Made by a program: the position numbers and the translations under genes
Notes under the pieces: generated by a model
Database searches by the model: none
What the model was told of the DNA's origin: nothing
Seen by the model: the letters and a program-made list of their open reading frames with translations, nothing else
Source of the DNA: Octopus vulgaris
Lineage: Eukaryota
Reading direction: 5' to 3'
NCBI GenBank assembly: GCA_951406725.2
Contig: OX597815.1
Span: 211,978,001-212,042,000 of the forward strand
DNA length: 64,000 nt
In this document: positions 28,005 to 40,563 of the stretch, piece by piece
Numbering within the stretch: the first letter of the stretch is position 1
Layout: every line of letters begins with the position of its first letter

Positions 28005-28330
28005 TGAGACCACCTATGGTCATGACTGACCATGGGTTTGCACCTAGAAAGTTACCCTCCCAGGCACAAGTCCGGGACAGGTTGTTTATGGAAGGCCAGC
28101 AGTCGCTCATGCCTACCGGCCTCCTCACTCCACGCCACCGATGTTATCCAAGGGAAAGGTAAAGTCCGACACAGCTTGGCACCCGTGACGTCACAACTCG
28201 TTTCTACAACTGAGTAAACTGGAGCAACGTGAAATAAAGTGCCTTGCTCAAGAACACAACACGCAGCCCGGCCCGGGTTTTGAACTCACAACCTCACGAT
28301 CGTAAGCTCGACGCTCTAACCACTGAGCCA
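28005..28330 (-). mobile_element. SINE family C (tail type 2)
   Basis: TGGCTCAGTGGTTAGAGCGTCGAGCTTACGATCGTGAGGTTGTGAGTTCAAAACCC is a tRNA-like head with ACG at the anticodon position. The tail is shared with 6460-6658. Confidence 0.85.
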
Positions 28331-28369
28331 TATATCAATTATATCAATTATATCAATTATTATCCTATA

Positions 28370-28420
<51 letters not shown>

Positions 28421-28534
28421 TATATAAAACAGTACTTGGAGAAGAAGAAGAAGAAGAAGAAGAAGAAGAAGAAGAAGAAGAACGGAACGAAACGAACGAA
28501 TCGAATCGAATCGACGTGAGGGCGCTGTCAAACA

Positions 28535-28926
28535 ATAGTGTAATAAATAAAATATATGCATACATACAAACATATATGTACGTACCTACATCTACATGTA
28601 CATATACATGCATATATAAAGATATACGTGAGTACAGGACACCACAACTAGACGTAGAACTCAACGAGAAACGAAAACGGAAAAACAAGCATGGAACAAA
28701 CCATTTTTTTACAACAGAAAAACAGAGTACAAGACAAACTACACAGCTGTCTCTAGTTCGACAAATCCCCTTCATCAGCTGTCTCTAGTTCGACTCTAGC
28801 GTGTTTCGAAGGTAAGACAGAACACTACTCGTCGAAACTAGCCCTTCCTGCGAGAGAATTAAAGTAAAATTACTTCGCAGAGGGGTTATATGTTTGTATG
28901 TATGCATATATTTTATTTATTACACT

Positions 28927-28928
<2 letters not shown>
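28535..28928 (-). mobile_element. Penelope-like terminal-repeat fragment bounded by a 42-bp inverted repeat
   Basis: Perfect IR at 28535-28576 / 28887-28928. The body is homologous to 42180-42520 and carries the permuted HHR. Confidence 0.6.
28767..28825 (-). ncRNA. Non-circularly permuted hammerhead ribozyme motif, copy 1
   Basis: Minus strand: GTGT-T-CTGTCT-ta-CCTTC-GAAA-CAC-linker-AGACAG-CTGATGA-A-GGGG. Confidence 0.7.
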
Positions 28929-28992
<64 letters not shown>

Positions 28993-29191
28993 ATATAGGA
29001 TAAAAGTTTTTTCGGGAAAAAAATTTTATCAATGGCCAGCATATCAAAAAACGTCTTTAAAGATAAAATTTATACATAATTTACAAGATAAGGGCAGAAG
29101 AAAAATTCTAATACCAGATACGCCGAAACAAAAAAATGTGGTCCCTCTCTTATTACTTGTATTAATAATTGTATGTATTAATAATTGTATG

Positions 29192-29250
29192 TGCCGCTGA
29201 AGAGGGGAAAATTTCTTGTGAATTAACCCCGAAATTGGACCAATACGGTA
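29192..29250 (+). ncRNA. Canonical type I hammerhead ribozyme motif
   Basis: TGCCG-CTGAAGA-GGGG(19 nt)CCCC-GAAA-TTG GAC CAA-TA-CGGTA. All three stems and the core are intact, with cleavage triplet AUA. It is flanked by an IR of about 65 bp (29072-29138 / 29314-29380). Confidence 0.88.
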
Positions 29251-29371
29251 ATAACGAATTTTTTAGAGATTTCTATCGGTTTGTTTCGAGACGCATAAAT
29301 TTAATGGTTATCGACAATTTTTTTGTTTCGGCGTATCTGGCATTAGAATTTTTCTTCTGCCCTTATCTTGT

Positions 29372-29414
<43 letters not shown>

Positions 29415-30703
29415 TACTGTTCCGTGATGGTAAGATCAACAAATAAGTGGTACATCTGGAGAGAGATAAATACTATTTAATAAACACAGTATATGTTCAA
29501 TAAACACAAACATTGCGTTTATTAAGTAATATACATACATACATACATATATATACATAAACATATATATATACTGTGTGTGTGTGAATATATATATACA
29601 CACATATACATACATATGTACATATACATATATATAAAAATATATGCATATACGTGTGTGTGCGTGTGTATATATATATACATACATAAATGTATTTAGG
29701 TATACGCATACATACACATATATATAATTGAAAGCGTATGTGTGTGTACGAGTGTGTTTGTATACGTACACATATGCATATATGTGTTCTGTTAACAGAG
29801 ATTAACTATAATTTGCCTTCCCATGTCTGAAACGTATGATTTCCTTTAACTTTGGTGTAACCATTTATCAGAATTTGTCATTTGTTCATTATTGCTCGCC
29901 GGTGTCTGTTCAGCATCTGAAAACATTGACCTCGTACTTTTATATAAGGGGTCTCTAACATAATCCTAATGTCTCCGCAGTTCAGACAACATTCTTAGGG
30001 GATTTTCAGTATTTTTCATCTTTTATTTCAGTCATTAGCTTGTGGCTATACTGGGGCACCACCTTGAAGAATTTTTAGCCGAATGAATTGACCCCAGGAC
30101 TTATTATTTTATTAAACCTGTGGAATTTTTCTGTTTGTCTGCACGTTTTGAAATTTTAAAATTAAGTGAAAATTTTCAAATTTGGTGTATTGATGTAATT
30201 TTTGTGGAGGCGCGTGGATTAGTGGTTAGGGTGTCAGCATCATGATCGTAAGATTGTGGTTTCGATTCCTGGACCGGGCGACGCGTTGTGTTCTTGCAAT
30301 TTACTTAATCATTGATATTTTATTGTTATTTTAATTTTGATATTTCTATTATATATAATTTTCTATATGGTGTAATTTAATTGTTCATTTTGAATTGATA
30401 AAAGGTTTTTTTTCTAATTTTATATATATATTAAAAGGGAAAGATTGATAGTGACCTGGAAGTTTCGACTTACTGGCACTCATCAGGCGGTGAAAGTGGT
30501 GAGTCGAAATTTCCAAGTCACTGAAAACCTTTTCCTTGTAACTTTCAATATATGGCTGAGTGGTAGGAAGCTTGCTTCATAACCGCATGCTTCCGGGTTC
30601 AGTCCTACCTTGAGCAGGTGTCTTCTGCTATAGCCTCGGGCCAACTAGAGCTTTGTGAGTGGATTTAGTAAACGGAAGCTGAAAGGAGACGGTCGTATGT
30701 ATA

Positions 30704-31622
30704 TCAAGTTGAGTAAAAAGTAAGCAATGTTTTGAACCATGAAGAATTTGTACCGGAATTTTGGAAAGTTTTGAATTTTTTTAAACATTTTTAAAAAAAT
30801 TGTCTGATAATACGGACATACACTTACCCAAATGCATCAATAAATTAACATTGATATTTTTTTCACTGTTGTTATAATTATCAGAAATGGAACTATCAAG
30901 GCGCGATATTCGAGCAATTTTGCTATTCAACTTCAAAAAAGGATGCAAAGTAGCTGAAACTGCTCTCGATATCAACGAAACGTTTGGTGAGGAAATGACC
31001 AGTGAGTGGTCATCTTGAAAATGGTTTAAACGATTCCGCAGTGGAGACCTGAGCCTCGAAGATCGTGAGCGTAGTGGATGCCCATCTGTCATCAATGACG
31101 GTCAATTAAAGACCGTCATTGAGAAAGATCCACATAAAACATCTTGAGAACTGGCAAAGCAACTTCAAGTTTGCCAGAAAACTGCCTACAACCATTTGCA
31201 TGCGATCGGAAAATCAAAAAAGCTCGACAAATGGGTACCACACAATTTGAAGGAAAATCAGAAAATGAGCAGTTATGAAATTTACTCGTAGCTTCTTCTT
31301 CGTAACGAGACCGTATTGTAACTTGCGATAAAAAGTGGATTCTGCACTTTTATTAAAAACGTTCTTCGCAGTGGTTGGACCAAAATGAAGCACCGAAAAC
31401 CTTCCCTAAACCCGAGCTCTTGAAAAAGAAGGTTATGGTGACTGTTTGGCGGGGTTCTACTGGACTCATCGGCTATAACTTCTTAAAACCTGGAAAAACC
31501 ATTACTGCAGAAACATATTGTCATGAAATTGCCAAAAGGAACGAAAAATTACTGCTACTCCGTCCCAGACGGTCAACAGAAGAGGGTCAATCGTTCTTCA
31601 TAACAATGCTCGACCACACATT
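30704..31622 (+). pseudogene. Mariner (DD34D-type) element, 3'-truncated, with decayed transposase
   Basis: ATG at 30887: MELSRRDIRAILLFNFKKG..WFKRFRSGDLSLEDRERSG..KKLDKWVPHNL..IVTCDKKW..KKVMVTVW..HNNARPH. It has stops and frameshifts. Confidence 0.92.
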
Positions 31623-32116
31623 TAGCCAACACTGCACGACAAACGTGGTTATGAACATTACTAAGGATTCGAACCATCATCTCATTTGGCTTATCTAATG
31701 CTTAATCATTTATCTTTCATCTTTTACTGAAAAGTTTTTTAGTCGAATAACTCGACTTTATGACTATTTTAAAGCCTAGCACTTATTATATCGTTCTATT
31801 TTGCCGAACCGCTATAATACGGGAACGTAAACACACTAACACCTGTTGCCAAACGGTGGTGAGGGGGAGAAACGCAGACACAAATTGAATTCATTTTTAA
31901 ACATCTTCATGATAATATGTAGTATAAAAGTAGGCGGAATTTCTTAATGGGATTCCTTTCGAGTTTCCTTTCTGAGTTCAAATTCCATCGAGGTTGACTT
32001 TGCCTTTCATCCTTCCGGGCTCAATAAAATAAGACCAGTCGATCACTGGGGTCGATGTTATCGACTTATGCACTCCCTCGAAATGACTGGCCTTGTGCTA
32101 GAATTTGAAACGGATA

Positions 32117-32519
32117 TCTTTATATATAAAAGTGAGGTTGTGTGAGTGTCTGTCTCCTACGACTTAGATTCCTAACTACTCCCACATTTTGCGGTGCAGT
32201 TTAACAAAAACCGGGTATCTTATAGTCGGGATTCATATCGAGCCCTTCTGGGTATTAGCGTGCGTCTACGATGAGTCTACGATTTAAAAAAAAATTTACC
32301 ATAAATTTTTCCCATTTTTAATGCATTTTTGGCATATATAAGAGAAGTAACTCTCTAAAAATTTATTACTAAATCTCAGAACGTAAAAAAGCTACAGTAA
32401 CACCCCCCCCCCCCTTTGTGGTTAACCATATTGAGATGGCTATTATATTTTACATCTCTAAAAATGCTTATATAGTTATTTCCCTTACAAACCCGAGCAA
32501 CGCCGGGCGATACTGCTAG
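32117..32519 (+). mobile_element. Non-autonomous Helitron
   Basis: A|TC 5' end, subterminal hairpin CCCGAGCAACGCCGGG, 3' CTAG|T, no TSD. Confidence 0.85.
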
Positions 32520-33894
32520 TGTTATATAATGGTGTTATACGAAGATATCGTTGTTCGTTCTTCTGAATCAGCATCAGTAACTCGTTTAATGAATCTAACA
32601 CTTTAATTTAATTTTCTAAACAACTTCAGTTTTCAGATCACTTACCGACTGCTAAATCTAAATTTATTTGAAAATATTTCTCAGGAAAGTGAACGATAAC
32701 ATTCTAATAAAAGGGAAAAATATCTTGAATTTTTTTATAGGATTTCTTAGTTTAATCCCAACGGAAATGAAAACTTCGAATACTGTGAAAATTAATATTT
32801 AACTCGATCTGATGTACAAATTTTAAGTATTCATATTAGAAATATTACTGAATGTAAATTTACCAATTCAATATCATTCAATTGACAATTTAAACTACTA
32901 AATCGAATCATGTTACTACGGCTTTAAGTAATAAGTTTAATTTAAATATTCGTAGGTTTAATTAATCAACGCTTTAACATTTAATGCTAAATGAAATATA
33001 ATCAATACGGTATAATTAAATTAATAAACTTAGATTTTGCTTACTAGGCAGTAATATACTTGTATATTTTACTCTTTCCAACGCCGTCGAAACCAATGAT
33101 TAAAAAAAAATTAAAACGCTGCATTCTTGAGTTTACACAATCACGTAATTACTACTCAAAATGTCTAAATTTGATATTATGCGCGTGCACACACACACAC
33201 AGATGTGTGTGCGTAAGTATGTGTAGTGTAGTGCATAGTTGTAAGAAATTACACTTCACTGAGAAGTATATTGAGATTGCATATATTCGAGGAAGACATC
33301 AGTTCTTTGAGCAATAATTTACTTTGACGGTCATGGAACATAAAATATGTTCTGTCTTGTATTTAAAACGTAAATGTGTTGAACTGATAATATTGGTCTC
33401 ACATTTTTGTACCACAAGGTCAACAGATTCGGGTGAGGAGGGTAAGCTGATTACGGCGACCCCGGTGGTCAACAACTACTTATTTTACTAACATAAAAAG
33501 GATGAAGGGCAAAGTCAATACCACCGGTGTTTGTTCTCAGAACGTAAAGACAGACGAAATACATATTTCTTTACTACCCACAAGGGGCTAAACACAGAGA
33601 GGACAAGCAAGGACAGACAAACAGATTAAGTCGATTATATCGACTCCAGTGCGTAACTGGTACTTATTTAATCGACCACGAAAGGATGAAAAGCAAAGTC
33701 GACCTAGGCAGAATTTGAACACAGAATGTAGCGACATGCGAAATACCGCTAAGCATTTCGTCCAGCGCACTAACGACTCTGCCAACTCGCCACCTTACCC
33801 TTCAATTATTATTATTATTATTATTATCTTACAGCATCTTTCTAATTTAAACGTTTGACAATTAAAAGGGTTAAATAATTTACTCATTACTGTT

Positions 33895-34285
33895 TACTCT
33901 TTTGCTTGTTTCAGTCATTTGACTTCGGCCATGCTGGAGCACCGCCTTGAAGGATTTTAGTCAAACAAATCTACCCCAGGACTTTTTTTATAAAGCCTAG
34001 TACTTATTTTATCAGTCTCTTTTGCCGAACCGCAAGTTACGGGGACGTAAACACACCAACACTGGTTGTCAAGCGGTGATGGGAAGAGGAGCAAACACAA
34101 ACACAAAGACACACACACACACACACACACACATACACATAGATAAATACATATATATACGACGGGCTTCTTTCAGTTTCCGTCTACCAAATCCACTCAC
34201 AAGACTTTGGTTGGCCCAAAGACACTTACCCAAGGTGCCACGAAGTGGGACTGAAACCGAAACCATGTTGCTGAGAAACAAACTT
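33895..34285 (-). mobile_element. SINE family A
   Basis: Reverse copy of 26524-26913. Confidence 0.85.
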
Positions 34286-35327
34286 CTTACCACACAGCCA
34301 AGCCTTTAATCATCAAAAGGTTCTAGATATGACCACCCTGCGCTTACTTTTATTCTGAGAAAAACTGTATTTGTTAGTAGATCATCTAATTTTCTTTCTT
34401 TTTCTTAGGACGGTATGGGTGATTTGAGAGAGATTTGGCAGTTGTCTCTAGCAGGTTGAGCAACCTGCATGTTGCCTGTGAAGTAATTTGCTTTCAGTAA
34501 AAGATGACTAGATGTTGTTGTAGGAGTATAGAGTTTGATAACAAGACAAATTTTTAATTTGGAGATGAAAAAGATATTAACGGTATTTGAAAGTTCAGTA
34601 GTTTAGTTAGATATAGATAAGATTATCAGATACAGACAGTTCAGGGTAGCAAGCTTTTCGGTTTCTGTACTACCAGAATTGGTAATTGGTGCTAAAGTGT
34701 GAGACAAGCGGAAAGAGTTAAGTGCATTGAAGCTGATAACAACAACGGCTTCAGAGAGCAGAATTTAGAACTAAATGTGTTCGTGGAGTGTAGAGATGGT
34801 CGAACAATTTTGGTGCGTTTGACAGAATCTGTAGACCGATAAAGGCATTTGACACACATGGAAAGATGAGGAATAGATACTTTGAGTCAGAATAAATAAA
34901 AGTTCCTCGTTTTGAATGACCTGAAGAGATAGATTATTAGTGGTATGAGGGGGCGGGGCTTAACGTAAGCACAGACTCTGTGCTTTGAAAAGCAGGTAAA
35001 AGGTTAACGGCATGGGTAACCTTTTTCGAAATGCGGGCAGCATGAGACCTGCCAACATCTGTTAATCTTATCATGTACTTTTATATCTAACTCAACTACT
35101 GAACTTTCAAAAAACATCAATATCTTTTTCGCCTCCAAATTAAAAATTAAATTTCAAGCGGTTGATACTACTCAGAGAAATTTAAGGTTATTTTTCGTTA
35201 GGCATACCATTCAGAAAGCTATGCGGGCCGCAGGTTGCCCATAATTGGTTTAGGATATGGGCTGGTTAGGAGAGGTAATATTGTGTGCGGGGATGAGAGA
35301 TTAAAATTTGAGAGAAAATACGTGAAT

Positions 35328-35358
<31 letters not shown>

Positions 35359-35686
35359 TTTTTCATTATGCTAATAAAGTCTCAAACAAGACGAAAATCT
35401 ACATAGTGTACGGGAAGAGGGAAAACTTAAGACGAAAGGAACGAATTTACTTACGATTTGAAAGAGTCCATGTCATAAGAGGGTAGAAATAATGAGATGG
35501 AAGAGATGATGGCGGGATTGTGGTGGTGGGGGTGGCTTCGCTCAAGTTTAGATTAAAGTCTACAGAATTTTCTGTTGATAGGTGAAAATCGTGAAGAGGC
35601 TTCTTTTGACAGAAATCTTAGAAATAGTTTTCCTCAAATTCGCTTAGTTAACCTCATAAATAATTTTAATGAATTCACAATTAATA

Positions 35687-35895
35687 TTCTGTTGTGTCTG
35701 GGGAGAGTCATTTTCTTTTTGTGCCTTATAATGTAACACACTCACTGGTAAAATTTCCACTTATTTCTTATTTTTATTTTCCTAAAATTTTCGTTGCGTC
35801 TTGCAACCTTTTCAATAGTCAAGACTATTGAAAAGGTGAGTGTATTTACATTATAAGGTACAAAAAGAAAATTACTCTCCCCAGACACAACAGAA
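35687..35895. repeat. Nested inverted repeat element
   Basis: Arms of about 59 bp at 35687-35745 / 35836-35895, plus an inner palindrome ACCTTTTCAATAGTC AA GACTATTGAAAAGGT. Confidence 0.8.
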
Positions 35896-36006
35896 CATGC
35901 TTCAACACACGAAATCATATAAAGAATCTTGAAAACCAAATCCCAAAACGAAATACAATTAATATATATGCATATTTGTTTGTATGTGTATACACATACA
36001 CACATT

Positions 36007-36039
<33 letters not shown>

Positions 36040-36719
36040 GCGTGCATGCTTTATTCTTTAGCTGGAGAAAAGGAAACTGACGTTGAACCTCTGGTCCTTT
36101 GTAAACACTCATGGTTCCCATGAGCACACATTTATAATCTTTTGCATCTATCTACAGATATAGATATAATTCTACATAAAAACAGAGAATGAATGCTGTG
36201 AGAGAGGATTTCATTCACAAAAGTGACAGACTAAACGCGTTTCTTAACTGCAACACTAAAACGTCTTGTTTTCCTAACCGATATTAGCTCATCAATTGAA
36301 CTCTTTCATAACTCTTTAACCGGACGCTAAACTCTCGAAGTGGAAGTCTGCCTTACGTAAGATAATTCAAAGTGATTATAAGTGGTGCCTTTGTTAAACA
36401 AACTGGTTTATGTACATATATCTATGTAAATCTAAAGCTTTCTTGTGTAATGTCAAATAAATATTGTTTTGGGAAAAAATATTATACAAAGTCAATATAA
36501 GAGTGGAATTGTTGAAAACGGGAAATATAAACGTTATTACAAACTAAAGTTTTTATAAATGTTAAAGCGTTAATGCATTTCCGGTCATAAAACGGAATTT
36601 ATATTATCGCATATATTGTTTGTTAAACCGGTCTTTGTGCAAGGATGGGCAAAAAAGTAAATATATATTTGTAATTTGTATAACATACGCAAAGAAGATA
36701 CAGTAAGCTAATGTGAACT

Positions 36720-37430
36720 AATATATACATTATTTACATTATTTACATTTGACGGATATTTGTCCCCACCTTGTTTGATGTTAGCACAACGTTTTGGCTG
36801 ATATACCCTCCAGCTTTATTCATGTCTCTTCGGGAATTTTCAAACCTGGGTTCTCGTTCTTAAGGTATTTTTCGATGTTGTTGGTGTTATTATTATTATT
36901 ATTATTCAGGTCGCAGCCTGGAATCGAACTCAGAATCTTGGGGTTAGTAGCCCGCGCTCTTAACCACTACACCATATGCCCGTGGGAAATTATGGAGTGA
37001 AATTTTAGGGCTTATAAATCTAATATTTCCCTATCCTTCCTTAATACCGGTTCCCATATGCTATTCATATCTGCACTTGGTCTGCTTAGGGGCTTGTTGT
37101 GTCCTAGCATATGTGCTGCTTCTTTTAGTTTTCGTATTTTCCACTGGTGTTCTCTGTCTATTATTTTAACTTCATCCCACAGAGGGAGGTGGTCTCCATT
37201 TTCCCACACATGATCAACCATACCCGATTTATCAATATCTCCTCATGTCACAACTTTGCGATGTTCCTCTACCCCTATTTTGAGGGGGCGACATGTTTCG
37301 CCTTTGTATAACCTACCACAGCTGCATGGGATGGAGTATATGCAGTTTTGGGTCATATTCTCTTCTATTGGTGGTTTTACCCGAAGGAGATATTTGCGAA
37401 GTGCTGTATTACTCTTGAATAATGTCCTGC
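36720..37430 (-). mobile_element. Penelope-like element 3' part: GIY-YIG endonuclease plus 3' terminal region
   Basis: Minus strand: QNCIYSIPCSCGRLYKGETCRPLKIGVEEHRK..*..SGMVDHVWENGDHLPLWDEVKIIDREHQWKIRKLKEAAHM. One in-frame stop; the ORF ends at 37012. Confidence 0.9.
36907..36981 (-). promoter_or_regulatory. tRNA-like Pol III promoter module
   Basis: GGGCATA-TGGTGTAGTGG-TTAAGAGCGCGGG CTACTAA CCCCAAGATTCT-GAGTTCGATTCC-AGG. A and B boxes and an anticodon-like loop are present; the acceptor stem does not close. Confidence 0.7.
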
Positions 37431-37848
37431 TGTCAAATGGGCCGCATATATTTGTATGTGTGGGTATGTGCGTGCGCGCAGGTCTGTGTGTGTGTGTAAT
37501 GATAGTACGTATATGTGCATGCGTGTGTGTGTGTTGTGGTTATGGCTTTTATATATGTGTGTGGTTGGACTTAGTATCGTTTAAGGTCATAGGAAGAATT
37601 AATAGTAAGAATACATATATGTATATATTCATGCATAAATAAATGCACTCATATGATATATATACACACAGCCTCACACACACAGAAGTACACGGCATGT
37701 GTAAATAGATACAAATGGGTGTATGTATGTGTGTGTGTGTTATCTCGTGGTTCGTTTTATCATACAAACCCCATAATCGAAATCTTAATTACCACGGCTC
37801 TTTCCATCAGCTTTGTTATAATTAATAAAATTAATCCATCAGAAATAA

Positions 37849-37914
<66 letters not shown>

Positions 37915-37971
37915 ATATATATGTATATATACACATACATGCATGCATATATCCATCCATCCATCCATCCA

Positions 37972-38005
<34 letters not shown>

Positions 38006-39202
38006 CATACGTACATATATACATACTTACACATACATATATGTAACGTATATAATCTAGTTCAAGGGTTCATTAAGTCATTTAATTAACTTGTCTTGTT
38101 ACTGCACTGATATTAACTCACCTAACTGACCTAAGCTTTATCGGTCTTAAACACCCTATTTGCTGCTATATCCAGTTTGCTTATCTTTCTTCGCCATAGA
38201 TTTTATATTTGCTTTTTATTTTTGTTACTTTGGGTTTTTTTGGTTTTTATTTTTTTTTACTTTAGGAGTTTCGTTTCAGCTGGCAAAATGCGAAGAGAGC
38301 TGACCTACTCGGCAAATATAACTTAATCTCTCACTAAAAATGGCCTCCAAATTGCCGATATTAATTATTAACGCCTCAGTCTACTTGGCCTTCAACGAGA
38401 TTTTATTCATCGTTGGTGCAACTGAAGTAACATAATTATTCTGTCCTTGTTTCGCTCTTGATCAACCCTGCTTGAGCAGAACAATGATTGACGACTTTCC
38501 ATTTGTGACCATCCAATTTTTTATTCACGCAGCGAGTGTATATCTGTGCATGTATACGTTTGTACGTGTGTATGTGTATCTATGACTATTTCATCCAATC
38601 TGTTCTTTTATTTTTTGTTTAAGGCGGTTTGTTGTTATCTAAAAGAGGTCTGGCTAATATTTCTACGAAGTAAGGCAGCGAGCTGGCAGGATCGTTAGAA
38701 CTCCGAGCAAAAGGCATTTCGTCCGTCTTTATATTCTTAGTTCAAATTCCCGCCGAGGTTGACTTTGCCCTTCAACCTCTCAGAGTCGATAAAATAAGTA
38801 CCAGCTGAGCACTGGGGTCGATGTAATCGACTAACTCCATCCCCGAAAATATCAAGTCTCGTCTCTATAGAAGAAAGAAATATTTCTAGGGAATCAAGCG
38901 ATCACGCAGGAGCTCAACCGATGGCTCCTGGATTCTTTTAAATCGCTTCCTTTCAATAATGCAAAACTAAACTAAGTCATTCATTTGTAAAATATGTTTA
39001 CTGCCCATTAAGCAGCTGAAATTGTACATGTAAGAGAGTCTTTTAACTGTTGTCAATGTAGGGCACGTGATAGTGCATTGAATAAATAAAACTGTAGAAC
39101 ATGTAGATGCACACTGGACAGATTTAAGGTTATGTGACAGATCATTGAACAGATGTAACATCAGTCCTTGTGACTGAGAATTGAAGAGAGGAAACTCTAA
39201 AA

Positions 39203-39543
39203 CAGTGGTGATGAATCATTTTTTACCCATGGACCCCCATAGTCATTTGATGTTTAAAAACTAGTTATATAGATACTTTTCAAAATTCCTTTTTTTTTTC
39301 ACACATTCACTTGTACAGGTTTGCAATAGCATTGTCTGAAAAATCATGTTTCAGTGGGTGAGAGTTTGTTAAGACTGTTAGAGGACGAAACCTTTGTTTC
39401 TTGTAGTTAATATACCTAAAGAATACTTTTCCTATGGATCCTTAAAATACTACCGAGGATCCCCAATTTTGCATGGACCCCAAAAATGTTATATGCGCTC
39501 TTCTCCCACTTAGGGTTCATACATACACCGATGAGGACCACTG
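39203..39543. mobile_element. hAT (Charlie-like) MITE, decayed
   Basis: CAGTGGT...ACCACTG termini. The interior is the reverse complement of 55746-56080. Confidence 0.7.
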
Positions 39544-40095
39544 CAGTAGAAAACCAGTTGAGTGCTTGCTGGGGTCTATGTAAACAACTTCCAACGCCTC
39601 ATATTTGCCGGACTTATGCCGGAATAAGAAGGAATTATTAAGTATTAGTGGTGGTTATTTTAATTTCATACTACTCCAGTTGCGTGTACCGGATTCTTAT
39701 TCAGTTATTCGCAACATCAGTGAATGTTTTATTCGCGGTTTCATATATCAGAGGTGACGAATTCTCGTTCGAGCATGTGGCTAGTTACGACTACACGCCA
39801 TTGAAAAGGCCCAGAGAGGCCGCAATGAAATAGACGCTTTCGCTGGCGGTTGCCCCGATTAATTTACGCCTCCATGTGATAATTTAGCACAGCAAGTCTA
39901 TAAGAGATGTTATATCAGAACAAATAGCGCAATAACTTGCCTATCAATAATGTATATGCATTATATTACATAGATGGCTATTTTAATATAATACTGTCTT
40001 AGTTTGTATATATATTTACATATATATGTGTGTTTGTCGTCGTTTTCAAGCGTTTGTGTTTGCGTGCGTGTGATTTTGTATACGTGAAGTATGAG

Positions 40096-40140
<45 letters not shown>

Positions 40141-40563
40141 ACATGCAAAGTTGAATAAATGTCAGCGATTTTGCCAACAATAAGTCCGTCTTGTCGAAAG
40201 AATTTGTATTGCCATTTGCTTTCATTGCCCGCATTTCTCGACATTACCAGTGTGCAAGTGCTTGGGGAAGCACCAGGACGGCAAGAGGAGTATTAAATGG
40301 ATTCATAAGGCCTATTAATAATTCAGGTTAATACTGCATGAATAGCATCAATCGCATTCAACTCTAACAGCTGCAATTTTAAGTGCAGGCAGTTGTTAGA
40401 GCGATACTGTATCTAAGAGCAGAAGTATACGGTATCAAGCGATATTATCACAAGCGCAAAACCCATTAAAAACCGCGGCTTGGAGATTATCAAATATATC
40501 ATTAATTCGTTTCATGTTGCTATTGCTGTAGCTGTTTTTATTGTTGTTGTTGTTGTTTTTGGT

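Noticed and set aside
34480-35650. Possible old LINE remnants, with a hAT-like MITE at about 35006-35247
   Set aside because: Too decayed to assign or bound reliably by eye.
36907-36981. Functional tRNA gene
   Set aside because: The acceptor and T stems do not pair, so it is treated as a tRNA-derived promoter module. The SINE heads are likewise not tRNA genes.
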